This document shows positions 1-11,700 of a stretch of DNA of 64,000 bases, in pieces. The notes under the pieces are model-generated. The model was not told the origin of the DNA, searched no databases, and saw nothing but the letters and a program-made list of their open reading frames with translations. Location: positions 124,001 through 188,000 of the forward strand of contig MCFE01000015.1 of assembly GCA_002104905.1 (NCBI GenBank), written 5' to 3'. A program made the position numbers and the translations under genes. The stretch's first letter is position 1. Every line of letters starts with the position of its first letter. The DNA is from Basidiobolus meristosporus CBS 931.73. Lineage: Eukaryota; Fungi; Basidiobolomycota.

Positions 1-739
1 GAATATGCTTATTATACTTTTTGGCTTGGACTTTTGCTGATATATGGGCAGTTTCTTAGCATATGTTGTGCACCCAGATATTCTTATATGTTCAACACTT
101 GTACTGTCTCCACACCATGCTCCAAATAAAGCTTAATCACAAAGTATTCTGTACACTTATTCCATTGTGCCATTGATCATAGTGCCAGAAAGTGCTGTAT
201 ATCTTGCTATTAATTTGATATTTTAGGGTCATGTGCATGTCAATTTTGATCCCAAATGGGCACTTTCTGGCACCATCTGTCACTCTTTGGCATGATCAGG
301 CACCATCTGGCATGCTATGGCGCTATTGGGCACTATGTTCAGCTGGAATGATGGAACAAGTCTTGTTAAAACTCAAGTTTTTACTGTATACAGCTGTGGC
401 AAATGATTCTTCCCAAAATTCATAGGATAGTTTTGATCATACATCATAGATCTTGCTCTATCAATTATTGATCAGCTTGTGTGTTCTGCTACTCCATGTT
501 GCTGTGAGGTGTAAGGTATATTAGTCACTTGTGTAATCCCATGAGTTTTGCAGAAGTGGGTGAGGAGTTTTGAGTTATTTTCTCCACCATTGTCAGAATA
601 TGTTTTCTTGATTTTTTCAGCAATTTTTCTCTCCATCGTTGGTTTAAGCTCCCCTGAGCTTAGACAGTGCTTCTTCCTTTCTCTCCATGAAGTAGACTCA
701 GGTGTATCATGTATAATCATCAATAAAAGTAATTAAATA
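1..739 (-). mobile_element. Ty1/copia integrase remnant, interrupted by a MITE (154-362) and truncated by the gypsy array
   Basis: Minus-strand translation gives KKTYSDNGGENNSK...THGITQVTNIPYTSQQHGVAE, then WEESFATAVYSKN and ALFGAWCGDSTSVEHIRISGCTTYAK. These match the copia rve core (SDNGGEY, PYTPQQNGVAER) and the downstream WAEAV..A.Y / LRIFGC motifs. Stops are present. Confidence 0.85.
154..362. mobile_element. Small MITE-like insertion with degenerate terminal inverted repeats
   Basis: The left end cacttattccatt...tgatcatagtgcc aligns with the reverse complement of the right end (gacttgttccatc...tgaacatagtgcc). Removing it rejoins the copia integrase sequence. The terminus GAACAAGTC is shared with the 9128-9860 element. 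Confidence 0.65.
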
Positions 740-3188
740 AGTTACAATATGCCACTTGAATGTTTAAGTTGGATCAGTTTTTAGTTTAGTAGGATGTGCA
801 TTGACTACAGAGCACTCAACTCAGTTACTGTGAGGAATAAGTACCCCATACCTCAGATTAATGTGCTTTTGGACCAACTCAATGGAGCCACTATTTTCAG
901 CAAGATTGACCTCATGTCTGGATACAACCAGAGTAGGTTGAAGCTCAATGACATCCCTAAGACAGCATTCTGGACCAGATATGGACATTACAAGCACTTA
1001 GTCATGAGTTTTGGCCTCACCAATGCCCCTGCAACATTGATGACTCTGATGCAGACTGTCTTCCAGGAGTACCTAGACAAGTTTGTGATAATATACCTAG
1101 ATGACATATTGATATACAGCAAGGCAGAAGATGATCACTTGGTGCACATTGAAAAGGTCTTGAAGAAGCTAAGAGAGAACTAACTACATGGCAAGCTAGC
1201 CAAGTGTGAGTTCTCCAAGGAACATGTTGAATGTCTGGGATACATAGTAACTAGCACAGGAGTAACCTTAGACCTTATAAGGTTGAAGTTATCAAGAATA
1301 TAGAGATGCTATACTAAAGGAGTCAAATGCACTGTAAAGACAGATCATGCCTCCCTCAAGTATATATTTATACAGAAGGTACTCTCTAGAAGAATGACAA
1401 GATGGAGTGAATACATTCAGCAATTTGACTTGGAGATTGTCTACTGCCCTGGAAAAACAACATGGTTGCTGATGCCATATCAAGAATAGATCAAGTTGCA
1501 CAACTCAACTTGGTGCATGAATCTGATTGGCCTAGTCTATTACCAAAGTACTTGGGGGCCAAGCCATTCCTAACAAGGTGGATGAAGATATCAAGAAGAT
1601 AATCCGGGATGAAGCCAGCAAATTTGTAGTACAGGATGAAACACTACCAAATTGTTGATGGAAGCCCCATTACCTATTGCCCTTATGTTTCTCACCTGGA
1701 TTTAATACATAAGCTACACAATGGATGTGGACATCTTGGAGCTGAAGGAACCTGTAGCCTTGTGAAAGCCAGACCATGGTGGCCCAGAATTAAACATGAC
1801 ATTGTGAAGCTAGTGAAAACATGCCCAAATTGCCAAGTTAACTAAGGCCAACCACAGAAAATTGCTGAACCCTTTCCCTTGCAGCCTGTAAGACCATTTG
1901 AGAGATGGGGAATTGACTTTATTGGAAGATTGCCAACTACCAGGAAATGCAACCATTGGATCCTAGTAGCAATTGACCATGCCACTAAATGGCCCATGGC
2001 TGAAGCTTTACCTATAGCCAGTGGACAAGAAGTTGCAAGTTTCATCTACCATGAGATCCTTAAGATGTTTGGTTGCCCTGTAGATATTCTATCCAAAAGA
2101 GGAGCAAACTTTATGGCAAAGATATTGGAAGCTTACCTGGAAATGCAGCAGATCAAACACTTGAAAACCTTGGCATATCACCCCAGAACTAATGGAGTCA
2201 CTGAATGATTTCCCGGATTTTTTGAAAAAATGCTGACCAAGTATACAAATGGAGCTGTCAGTAGATGGGATGAGTATATAGACCAAGCACTCTTTGCATG
2301 CAGAGTCAAAGTATACAACACCACCCAGCAATTGCCATTTTATTTAGTGTATGGATGTGAACCAAGGATTTCACCAGATCTCACACAACCAAAGTTTACA
2401 GACACCTTAGAAGATGAACTCAGTCAGCCAAGTAGACACCAGCAACTGGAACAAAGATGTCAAGAGGCACAGACCAAAGTATCTCAAAGTGCAGAAAAGA
2501 TGAAGAAGAGATTTGATAAGTCTATAGCACCAGAAGCATTGACAGTTGGGAGCTTTGTATTGCTAAGAAACAACACTTGGAAGAAGTTTGAGCCACAATG
2601 GACAATATCATTCAAGATCATCAGAGAGTGTCCATTTGCAACTTACCAACTAGTGGACAAACAAGGCAATATCAGGGAAGATTTAGTGCATAGGGACAGA
2701 CTCAAGCTTGCAAGACTTTTGGATAATACCAAACCATCAAGATATTGGTATCATAAGAATGAGATTCAGGAGAACCCTCTCAACTTTAGCAGGGGAGAAT
2801 GTTTTGATCTGCCACTTGAATGTTTAAGTTAGATCAGATTTAGTCAAATTAACTAGTTATATGTTTAGGTTATCAGTATATCAGTATTATCTATCCAATT
2901 AGCAGTATTATCTATCCAGTCAGTAGCATTAGTCAGCAAATGAATCAGCAGATCCTTATCAGACAGAAATAGATATATTAGGTAGGATCTTATTGGGTGA
3001 TGATGATGCAATCAAACAAGTCATCAGCCACAGACTAAATTAGGAAATCCAATTAGTCAGCAATTGAGCTGGCAAAATATATACAAGGAGCTGCTGGAAT
3101 CTCAATAACAATCAGTTCAAGTTTTTGTGAATACAATACTAGCTAAACTCCCTGTTCCTCTACAACTCTTATATCAAGACTTGTAACA
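740..3188 (+). mobile_element. Degenerate Ty3/gypsy retrotransposon, copy 1 (5' LTR stub fused to RT; partial RNase H; integrase; LTR)
   Basis: RT 794-1183 (MCIDYRALN...FSKIDL...YLDDILIYS). RNase H tail (VKTDHASLKY...RRMTRWSEYIQ). Integrase HHCC zinc finger and core (PFERWGIDFIG, YHPRTNG). PPT AGGGGAGAA before 2800. 740-790 matches the first ~50 bp of the LTR. Many stops and frameshifts. Confidence 0.93.
2800..3188 (+). repeat. Gypsy LTR shared by copies 1 and 2
   Basis: Starts TGTT, ends AACA. Preceded by a polypurine tract and followed by PBS-like TTGGCAGCAGC and gag. Aligns with 7090-7458 and carries an extra ~20-bp internal duplication (cagtattatctatcca). Confidence 0.92.
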
Positions 3189-6100
3189 TTGGCAGCAGCA
3201 ATAACCAGAAACATACCTCCTGAAGAAAGAAGAGGCCTCCCTCAATATGTCTGACAATCAAGAATCAAAGAATGCTATGCAACAAATCCTAGCCCAGTAG
3301 CAACAGTTACTACAGATCCTTAACCAGCCGCAACAAGGAATGACTACAATGGCCCAAAGCCAGCAAAACCCTGTCAAGAGTAACTTTAGTGTGAAGGTCA
3401 ACCTGTACCATGGTAGAGTCAATGAAAACCTGGGAACTTGGCTTTTCCAGATTGAAGAAGCTTTCAAGGCTAAAGGAATTGCTCCAGTAAGCAAGTTATA
3501 TTATGCAGCTTCTTACCTGGCAGATGCAGCTTCACAGTGGTACCACAGCAAGATCAGGTCAGCCACAATGATGGGATGCTCTGCAACCCCTACCTGGTTG
3601 AGTTTGTGTTGGAAATTCAGGATGCCTTTGAGCCCCTACACCAACAGACACTACTAAGAAGAAAGTTGAAGACACTCATAAAGAAAGGAATGGTCCAAGA
3701 GTACATATATGAATATAGATGTCTACTTGGACAAACTGAAAGAATGGACCCTCTGGATCAAGTTGAATACTTCATTGATGAGTTGAAAGAAAGAACTTGT
3801 AAGGAAGTGAATTATTGAAGACCTCAGACTATTGAAGAAGCCATCTAGATTGCTATTGACTGTGACTCAGCTATGTTTGGAGTTGGGAAGCCCACAATGA
3901 CAAATCAGAGACGTTACAATTGCTATGAAAGAAGACAATTAGAAGCAGTGCCAAAGAAAATAGACACTATGCAGAAGAATCCTACCTCAGAAGAATGCAA
4001 GAGGAAAGGACTTTGCTTCAGCTGCCATCAGCAGGGACATATTGCAAAGTACTGCCCTCAGAGAAGAAATGGACATTGGCCATTGAGAGCCTTAGCTATA
4101 TTGAAGCCCTGGAGCATAATAACATGGAGGATGAACTTGAGGACTCAGAACTCACCTTCCATATAACAGAAGAATACCTATCCCTGATGACCTCCAACTC
4201 AGGAAAGCTATGATACTTGAATGGAGTAATAAATGGAGTACCTGCTAAGATCATGATTGACTCAGGAGCATTGCATGAGTACATGTCACAGCAATTTGCT
4301 TTGAAAGCTGGAATCTACTTGGAACCCACCAAATCAACTTCAGTCTCAACAGCTGATGGGAACTCTCACATTATCAACCGTATTACTCAGCCAGTAAGGA
4401 TGAACATCAATGACTATGAAGAAGATCTATAGGCCTATATTTTTGGGAACTGCATGTTTGACCTTGTACTTGGGAAAACCTGACTCTTTTGTTGTAATCC
4501 ATCATTCAACTGGAGAACCCATGCCACCCAGATCCAAAAGGACAACAAGACATATGAGCTATTACCTGGCAGACTGGATTTTAACTTGGTCAATTCCAGT
4601 GTGTGTGAAACAAGTGAGCTTAGCAAGACACAGTTCTGTAGACCACTACAAAAAGGCACCCAGATGTTCCGCATGGCAGTATTACAGGTGGAGTCTTCTA
4701 CTCCCATACCCCAGAAGGTCCAGACTCTTCTGAAGGAATATTCAGATGTATTTTCAGAAGAGCTTGTAAGCCTACCACCAGTCAGAGACATGGATCATGC
4801 CATTGAAACAGGAGATAGCCCTCCAGTGAGTAAGATACCTTACAGACTGAGTCCATTGGAGTTGGAAGAGATGAAGAGACAAATAGATCAGTTACTAGAG
4901 CAAGGATATATCAGGCCTGCAAGTCACCTTGGGGAGCACCAATACTTTTTGTGAAGAGGAAGGATGGAACACTTAAGATGTACATTGCCTACAGAGCCCT
5001 CAACTCAGTTACCATGAAGAATAAGTACCCCATACCTTGGATTGATGAGCTCTTGGACCAACTCAATGGAGCCACTAATTTCAGCAAGATTGACCTTGTG
5101 TCAGGATACAACTAGATTAGGGTGAAGCCAGAAGACATCTCTAAGACAGCATTCAGGACCAGATATGGACATTACAAGTACTTAGTAATAAGTTTTGGCC
5201 TCACTAATGCCCCTGCGACATTTATGACCTTGATGCAGACTGTCTTCCAGGAGTACTTGGACAGGTTTGTCATAATCTACCTAGATGATATATTGATATA
5301 CAGCAAGACAGAAGAGGATCACTTAGTGCACATTGAAAAGGTCTTGAAGAAGCTAAGTGAGAACAAGCTTTATGGCAAGCTACCCAAGTGTGAATTCTTC
5401 AAGGAACACATTGAATATCTGGGACACATAGTGACTAGCACAGGATTAACCTTAGACCCTAATAAGGTTCAAGTTATCAAGAATCTGAAGCAGCCCCATA
5501 GCATATCAGAGCTCAGATCATTCCTTGGAATGGTTTCCTATTGTTGGAGATTTGTCAAGTTCTTTGCAAGTATTGCAGCCCCTTTAACTGATATCCTCAA
5601 GAAAGACAATACCTACAAGTGGGACATAGCTTGTGAAACTGACTTCCAAACACTCAAGAATGAGCTTGCTAAGCTGCCATGACAGGAAGGAGTGAATACA
5701 TTCAGCAATTTGACTTGGAGATTGTCTACTGCCTTGGAAAAAACAACATGGTTGCTGACACCTTATCAAGATTAGATCAAGTTGCACAACTCAACTTGGT
5801 GCATGAATCAGATTGGCCTAGCCTATTACCAAAGTACTTGAAGGACCAAGCCATTGCTAATGAGGTGGATGAAGATATCAAGAAGAGTATCTGGGATGAA
5901 GCCAGCTAATTTGTAGTACAGGATGAAACACTCTATCAAATTGTGGATGGAAGGCCTATTGCCTATTGCCCTTATGTTTCTTGCCTAGATATAATACATA
6001 AGCAACACAATAGATATGGACATGTTGGAATTGAAGGAACCTATAGTCTTGTGAAAGCCAGAGCATGGTGGCCCAGAATGAAACAAGACATTGAGAAGTT

Positions 6101-7089
6101 AGTAAAAGCATGCCCAAATTGCCAAATCAACCAAGGCCGACCACAGAGATTTGCTTAACTCTTTCCCTTGGAGCCTGTAAGACCATTTGAGAAATGGGGA
6201 ATTGACTTTATTGGAAGACTGCCAACTACCAGGAAATGCAACCATTGGATCCTAGTAGCAATTGACCATACAACTAAATAGCCAGTGGCTAAAGCTGTAC
6301 CTATAGCCAGTGAATAAGAAGTTGCAAGTTTCATCTACCATGTGATCCTGATGAAGTGTGGATGCCCTGTAGAGATTCTATCCAATAGAAGTGCAAACTT
6401 TATGGCAAAGACATTGGAAGCTTACCTGGAAATGCAGCAGATCAAACACTTGAAAACCTTGGCATATCACCCCAGAACTAATGAAGTCACTGAACGGTTT
6501 GATGGATTTTTTTCAAAGAATGCTGACCAAGTATGCAAATGGAGTTGTCAGTAGATGGGATGAGTATATAGACCAAGCACTCTTTGCATGCAGAGTTAGA
6601 GTACACAACACCACCCAGCAATCACCATTTTACTTAGTGTATGGATGTGAACCAAGGATTCCAGTACATCTCACACAACCATAGCTTACATATACCTTAG
6701 AAGATGAACTCAATCAGCCAAGTAGACACCAGCAACTGGAACAAAGATGTCAAGAGGCACAGACCAAAGTATCTCAAAGTGCAGAAAAGATGAAGCAGAG
6801 ATTTGATAAGACTATAGCACCAGAAGCATTGACAGTTGGGAACTTTGTATTGCTAAGAAACAACACTTGAAAGAAGGTTGAGCCACAATGGACAGGACCA
6901 TTTAAGATCATCAGAGAATGTCCATTTGTAACCTACCAACTAGTGGACAAACAAGGCAATATCAGGGAAGACTTATTGCATAGGGACAAACTCAAGCTTG
7001 CAAGACTTGCTGATACTACTGAACCATCAAGATATTGGTATCACAAGAAAGACATTCAGGAGAACCCTCTCAACTTTAGCATGGGAGAG

Positions 7090-7458
7090 TGTTATGATCT
7101 GCTGCTTGAATGCTTAAGTTGGATCAGTTTTTAGTCAAATCAATTAGTTATATGTTTATGTTATCAGTATATTGGTATTATCTAGCAAATCAGTAGCATT
7201 AGTCAGCAACTGAATCAGCAGATCCTTATCAGACAGAAGTAGATATACTAGGTACGATCTTATTGGGTGATGATGATGCAATCAAATGAGTCATCAGCCA
7301 CAGCCTACATTAGAAAATATAATTAGTCAGCAATTGATCTGGCAAAAGATATTTAAGGAACTGCTAGAATCTCAATAAAAATCAGTTCAAGTTTTAGTGA
7401 ATACAATACTAGCTCAACTCCCTATTCCTCTACAGCTCTTATAGCAAGACTTACAACA
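7090..7458 (+). repeat. Gypsy 3' LTR
   Basis: TGTT...AACA, preceded by purine tract GGGAGAG, colinear with 2800-3188. Confidence 0.92.
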
Positions 7459-7469
7459 CAGTGAAGGAC

Positions 7470-7773
7470 CTGGCAGTGCTAAATATGTGTGGCTACCCCA
7501 GGAGCCCATCACAGCATGGGCAGAGAGCTTGAAACAAGCAGAAAAGAAGCAGCAGGCTGCCTGCAGAGTGCCAGTAAGGGACATGCAGGCCAAAACAGAT
7601 GCATTGGATCAGCATTTATTAAGGACAAAATGTAGCTCAATACAAGAAGTACTCAGACAAATCAGCAGTGAAAGACCTGACAGTGTTTAAGGAAAAGGTA
7701 AAGGGAAACAAATCTACCCATGCCAGAGACAGGGATGCATGAGAAAAAAGCTGCAATTCTTACCAAATAACAC
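7470..7773 (+). mobile_element. Fragment of uncharacterised repeated ORF family (copy A, 5' part)
   Basis: KCSSIQEVLRQISSERPDSV..GKGKGKQIYP..LQFLPNNT matches the 13577-13981 minus ORF. Interrupted at 7774. Confidence 0.75.
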
Positions 7774-8314
7774 TGTAAGCCTTAGTGTGTAAGTCATCCC
7801 TCACTTTATGTGAGATTACTAGTTGTAAGTGCCTCTATATTAGGCAAGTACCCGCGCCAGTGCCTGTGACACATGATCAACTTGTGTCACCATCCCTACC
7901 ATTTTCATACCATATATGGTATCCCTATGTTACACAGGCTTCAGAGTACTGATTCCTGATTGGTTGGATGTGCTGTGCCTCTCAGACCCTTCTGGCACCT
8001 ACTTATAACATTCTTTGGTCATTCTGATGTCGTTAAGATTTCTATTGATCACTGGAACACCATGATTAGTAATGACTTAGCCAGTGAGAGAAGTATATAA
8101 GGGAGGCTATCCCTCAACAATAAACCATCATCCCTTTTATCAATATACCAACTTGTTAATTAGTGTGATCACTGCTACCTGCTGCTACCTGTACTTCCAA
8201 CCCCAGACCACAGGACCCTCCCAGAAAGCCACACTGACAACCCACTGACCTTGGAGGCACTACTTGTGAGGAATACTGAGTAGGTATCTTTTATTATATT
8301 TGATTCTTTCCCAA
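7774..8314 (+). repeat. LTR-like non-coding repeat interrupting copy A
   Basis: Starts with TG exactly where ORF homology stops and contains TATATAA (~8095) and AATAAA (~8119). Its distal part recurs inverted at 8694-8992. No 3' CA end defined. Confidence 0.4.
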
Positions 8315-8992
8315 GTTTGTTCTTGTACAGGCAAAGATACTTTTCTGTCTTTGTAACTACTGACCACAGCTGCATTCTTATCAAGTCCATGCTGGTGGAG
8401 TTTACAGTTGTTTTGACTTTTGAAGCTCTAGTACATTTACATCTCAAAGGACGCTGAACCCAGCACATACTTTTGTTAAGATGCCAACTAAGCTGGGATT
8501 GTGGCTCAATAGTTTTCCCTTGACAAGCTTGTGGCTTTATTCCCCATCACATCAGATTAGAGACAGAACCCAAGTATTCCTAGCAAGCTTTTGCCAGAGG
8601 TTATTGCACCCAGTGTACACTCCACACACAAAACACTTGAGAAGTGTTGGATGTATCTCTCCCTTAGACCTATACACCACCACAGTGCTGTGGTTGGGAA
8701 AGTATCAAATATAATAAAAGATACCTACTCTGAGTATTCCTCAGAAGTAGTGCCTCCATGGTCAGTTGGCTGTCAGCGTGGTTTTCTGGGAGGGTCCTGT
8801 GGTCTGGGGTTGGAAGTACAGGTAGCAGCAGGTAGCAGTGATCACACTAATTAACAAGTTGGTATATTGATAAAAGGGATGATGGTTTATTGTTGAGGGA
8901 TAGCCTCCCTTATATACTTTTCTCACTGGTTATGTGGTTACTAATCATGGTGTTCCAGAAGGTTCCAGATATCAATAGAAGTCCTATTACAG
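8039..8992. repeat. Long inverted repeat: arms ~8039-8314 and ~8694-8992, spacer ~380 bp
   Basis: The reverse complement of 8694-8992 aligns nearly base-for-base with 8039-8314 (e.g. gggaggctatccctcaacaataaaccatcatccc / gggatgatggtttattgttgagggatagcctccc). Confidence 0.9.
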
Positions 8993-8994
8993 AT

Positions 8995-10356
8995 TTAGGC
9001 CTATGTCAAAAAACACCTATTGCATTATTTCAATATAATCAAGGATGTATACAATTAGGTAGAAATCCAACTTTTCATGCTAGAACCAAGCACATAGATA
9101 TTAGACATCATTTCATATGTGAAGCTATGTGACTTGTTCTGCTGGATAGTGCCACATTGAGCCATGAGTGCCAAATGATGTCACAGTGTGCCAGAGAGGC
9201 CAAGTGAGCCTATACTTGGCCACAGAGTGTGAAACATAGATCTGCATCTTTATGCAAAGCATCACCTGTGTTTCTTCTATTATGCAGGAGAAAATCCATT
9301 TTTTGACTTTTTTTTAGGTCAAAGTAGTACAGGATGTGCAAGAGCACTAAAGGATTTAAGATTTGCATCTGGTACTCAATACCCATGGCACTCTGAATCT
9401 AGCTCCTGTAGCTTGTAACATGTCACAAAAATGCATGGCATTATCTTGGTCCACTGGTACTATCTGGCACTATATTTAAATATTAGCCCTAAAGTAAGAT
9501 CAATACAAAGCACTTATAGTCCCAGATAGTACCAGTGGACCAAGAGAGTGCCATGCATTTTTGTGACATGTTACAATCCACAGGAGCTAGATTCAGAGTG
9601 CCATGGGTATTGAGTACCAGATGCAAATCTTAAATCCTTTAGTGCTCTTGCACATCCTGTACTACTTTGACCTAAAAAAAAAAGTCAAAAAATGGATTTT
9701 CTCCATCACAATGAGTGAAACACAGGGGCTGCTTTGCATGAAGATGCAGATCTATGTTTCAAACTCTGTGGCTAAGTGTAGGCTCACTTGGACTCCCTGG
9801 CACACTATGGCATCATTTGGCACTCATGGCTCAATGTGGCACTATCCAACAGAACAAGTCTATAGGGAATAACTTAGTTAGCTTAGTTTACTGTCCTACA
9901 GATGAAATGACTGCAGAAATACTTACCAAACCATTAGCTAGAGACAAGTTTGAATAACTTAGTTCAAAATTAGGACTATTCAATATGAACATTTAGCTGA
10001 GTGGGAGTGTTGTAAAAATTTGCATTTCCACCTAAATAATCATCTAACTTAGTCACTTAGATCATTACCTTTGTATCCTAGAGAATACTGACCAAATTCC
10101 TTGTTGGGATTTACTTAGAATACTTTCACCAAAATACCAGGTACCCAGAACATGAAAATTCTCAAAGTTGTCCAAACAGCCCCAAACTTTGCACACATGT
10201 TCTTGGGACCTTCCTTAACCTATTCTACATGGTTGTAATGCCAAGACCAGGTAAATGTATAAATACTACTTTTACATTCAATAAATCATTAAGTGAAAAC
10301 CACATAATCTACTTGTTCTCCCAATCACTTCCAATATCTCCAAGACTCTTACAGCA
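8995..10356 (+). mobile_element. Ty1/copia 3' remnant: RNase H, PPT and 3' LTR (10008-10356)
   Basis: YNQGCIQLGRNPTFHARTKHIDIRHHF...[MITE]...NNLVSLVYCPTDEMTAEILTKPLARDKFE, then PPT TGAGTGGGAG, then LTR TGTTG...CA. Confidence 0.92.
9128..9860. mobile_element. Foldback MITE: ~345-bp inverted arms, 40-bp loop, apparent TA target duplication
   Basis: Arms 9131-9474 and 9515-9860 are near-perfect reverse complements with TIR GACTTGTTCTG. Flanked by TA at 9126-27 and 9861-62. Excision restores the copia frame HHFICEA-IGNNLV. Confidence 0.92.
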
Positions 10357-10359
10357 ACT

Positions 10360-10971
10360 GTGACCCCACTACAGCACAGCCAGTTCAGCTACACCCCAGT
10401 GAGGTGTATGAGCTTGCTGAGAAAGGCAATCTGTCTGCCACAGTCTCCACATCCTGCATTGCTTACAGAGTGGAGATCCCTCCAACAGATAAAGTGACAA
10501 TGTCAAGAACTCAAACATTAACACAATGCCTTCAGTGGAATTTTGGCACATTAATAGGCACACCAAGAGGTTGTAGCACTTCTTCAAGAGCAGTGCCTAA
10601 GAAAATGCACTTGAATATTGCAAAGATTTATTGCAAAGACTGACAGATGAGGTTCTAGACCTTGCAGTGCTGGCTGAAGACCATGATGTGTGGGAACCAG
10701 TAAATGAACAATGGCATAAAGACATAGGGCTCCTGCCAAAGTCATAGTGACAGAGTGTTACAGCAGAGATACCTACTGAGTATTGGATCTTAATGGAGCT
10801 ACTTGTTGAGTATGGGGTTGGGCTTAATGTTAGTGTATGGTATAGGGACTTGTATTGGTCAATACAATTGGCAATTGAGGTATAACTGAAGCTTCAACAG
10901 AACTAGATCAATTTGTATGCATGAGAAGTAAGAGAAATGGTTGAGTCAGGAAGTAAGGAGTATGAAAAAGA
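10360..10971 (+). mobile_element. Uncharacterised repeated ORF family, copy A 3' part
   Basis: EKGNLSATVSTSCIAYRVEIPPTDKVTMSR...VLDLAVLAEDHDVWEPVNEQWHK is homologous to 13200-13760 (-) and 19150-19800 (+). Confidence 0.75.
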
Positions 10972-11076
10972 TGTTGTAAGAGTCTTGGAGATATTGGAAG
11001 TGACTGGGAGAACAAGTAGAGTATTTGGTTTTCACTTAATGATTTATTAAATGTAAAGTAGTGCTTATACATTTAC
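10972..11076 (-). repeat. Partial copia LTR (3' end), inverted relative to 10008-10356
   Basis: tgttgtaagagtcttggagatattggaagtga... is the reverse complement of the 10250-10356 LTR end. Confidence 0.85.
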
Positions 11077-11229
11077 ATTTTTATAGGGTGAGAATAGACT
11101 AGGCCAACCAAAATTCATACCAAATTTGGTGCTTAGCTGCTTACTACAGCCATCAAGAGTTGCTACTGAATATTTGAACAACAAGCACTGGCTCAGTACC
11201 AGCAAAATACCATAAGAATACTAGCACAA

Positions 11230-11700
11230 TACCTGCTGAAAATCAGATGAATTCCAACTTTGAGACTTCACAGAGGGGAGGTGATAGAGGTATGTTAGTT
11301 GCAACAGTTGTGCATGTACATAGAGGTCAGTGAGCAGGAGACCATAGCTTTATTATTCCTCTGTATGTGGAATACCCATGGTAGCAGGGAGTAAGCAAAT
11401 CTTGATGGGTGGCTCTATAGTGGAATATATGAATGGTGCAATGGGAGGTCAAAATAAAATACCATTTGGTAAGTTGATATGGTGGCATTATACAGAGCTA
11501 GATGTAGGCTGCCATACTGTCATGTTAATGCCAACAGATGTGTGCATAAAGGCTGCCAAATCACCATCAAAGTTTCTTGATATAATGCAGTTGCAAACAT
11601 TGGCCAGTTATGTTTGCTCAAGTGAATGTAAGCCACTCTAGGACCATTAGAATGCCGTTCAAGTCTTTCCAAAAGATCATTAAGACACCATTGAGCTTGT
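11230..11700 (+). mobile_element. Fragment homologous to the C-terminal part of the CACTA transposase locus (18410-18880)
   Basis: EVIEVC.LQQLCMYIEVSEQETI and KIPFGKLIWWHYTE align with EVIEVCQLQQVCTFVEVSKQEAI and EIPFGKLV..HYTE. Confidence 0.75.

Larger units (their letters stand above)
2800..7458 (+). mobile_element. Degenerate near-full-length Ty3/gypsy retrotransposon, copy 2 (LTR-gag-PR-RT-INT-LTR)
   Basis: Gag from ~3247 with retrotransposon-gag motif and CCHC knuckle CFSCHQQGHIAKYCP. Protease IMIDSGA at ~4250. RT with YLDD at 5122-5450. Integrase ~5940-7085. RNase H largely deleted at ~5680. No chromodomain seen. Confidence 0.95.

Noticed and set aside
8315-8693. Tyrosine-recombinase (DIRS) or RT coding in the inverted-repeat spacer
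   Set aside because: Only a weak KSLLGILGFC resemblance to gypsy RT; all frames are broken and no diagnostic motif is present.
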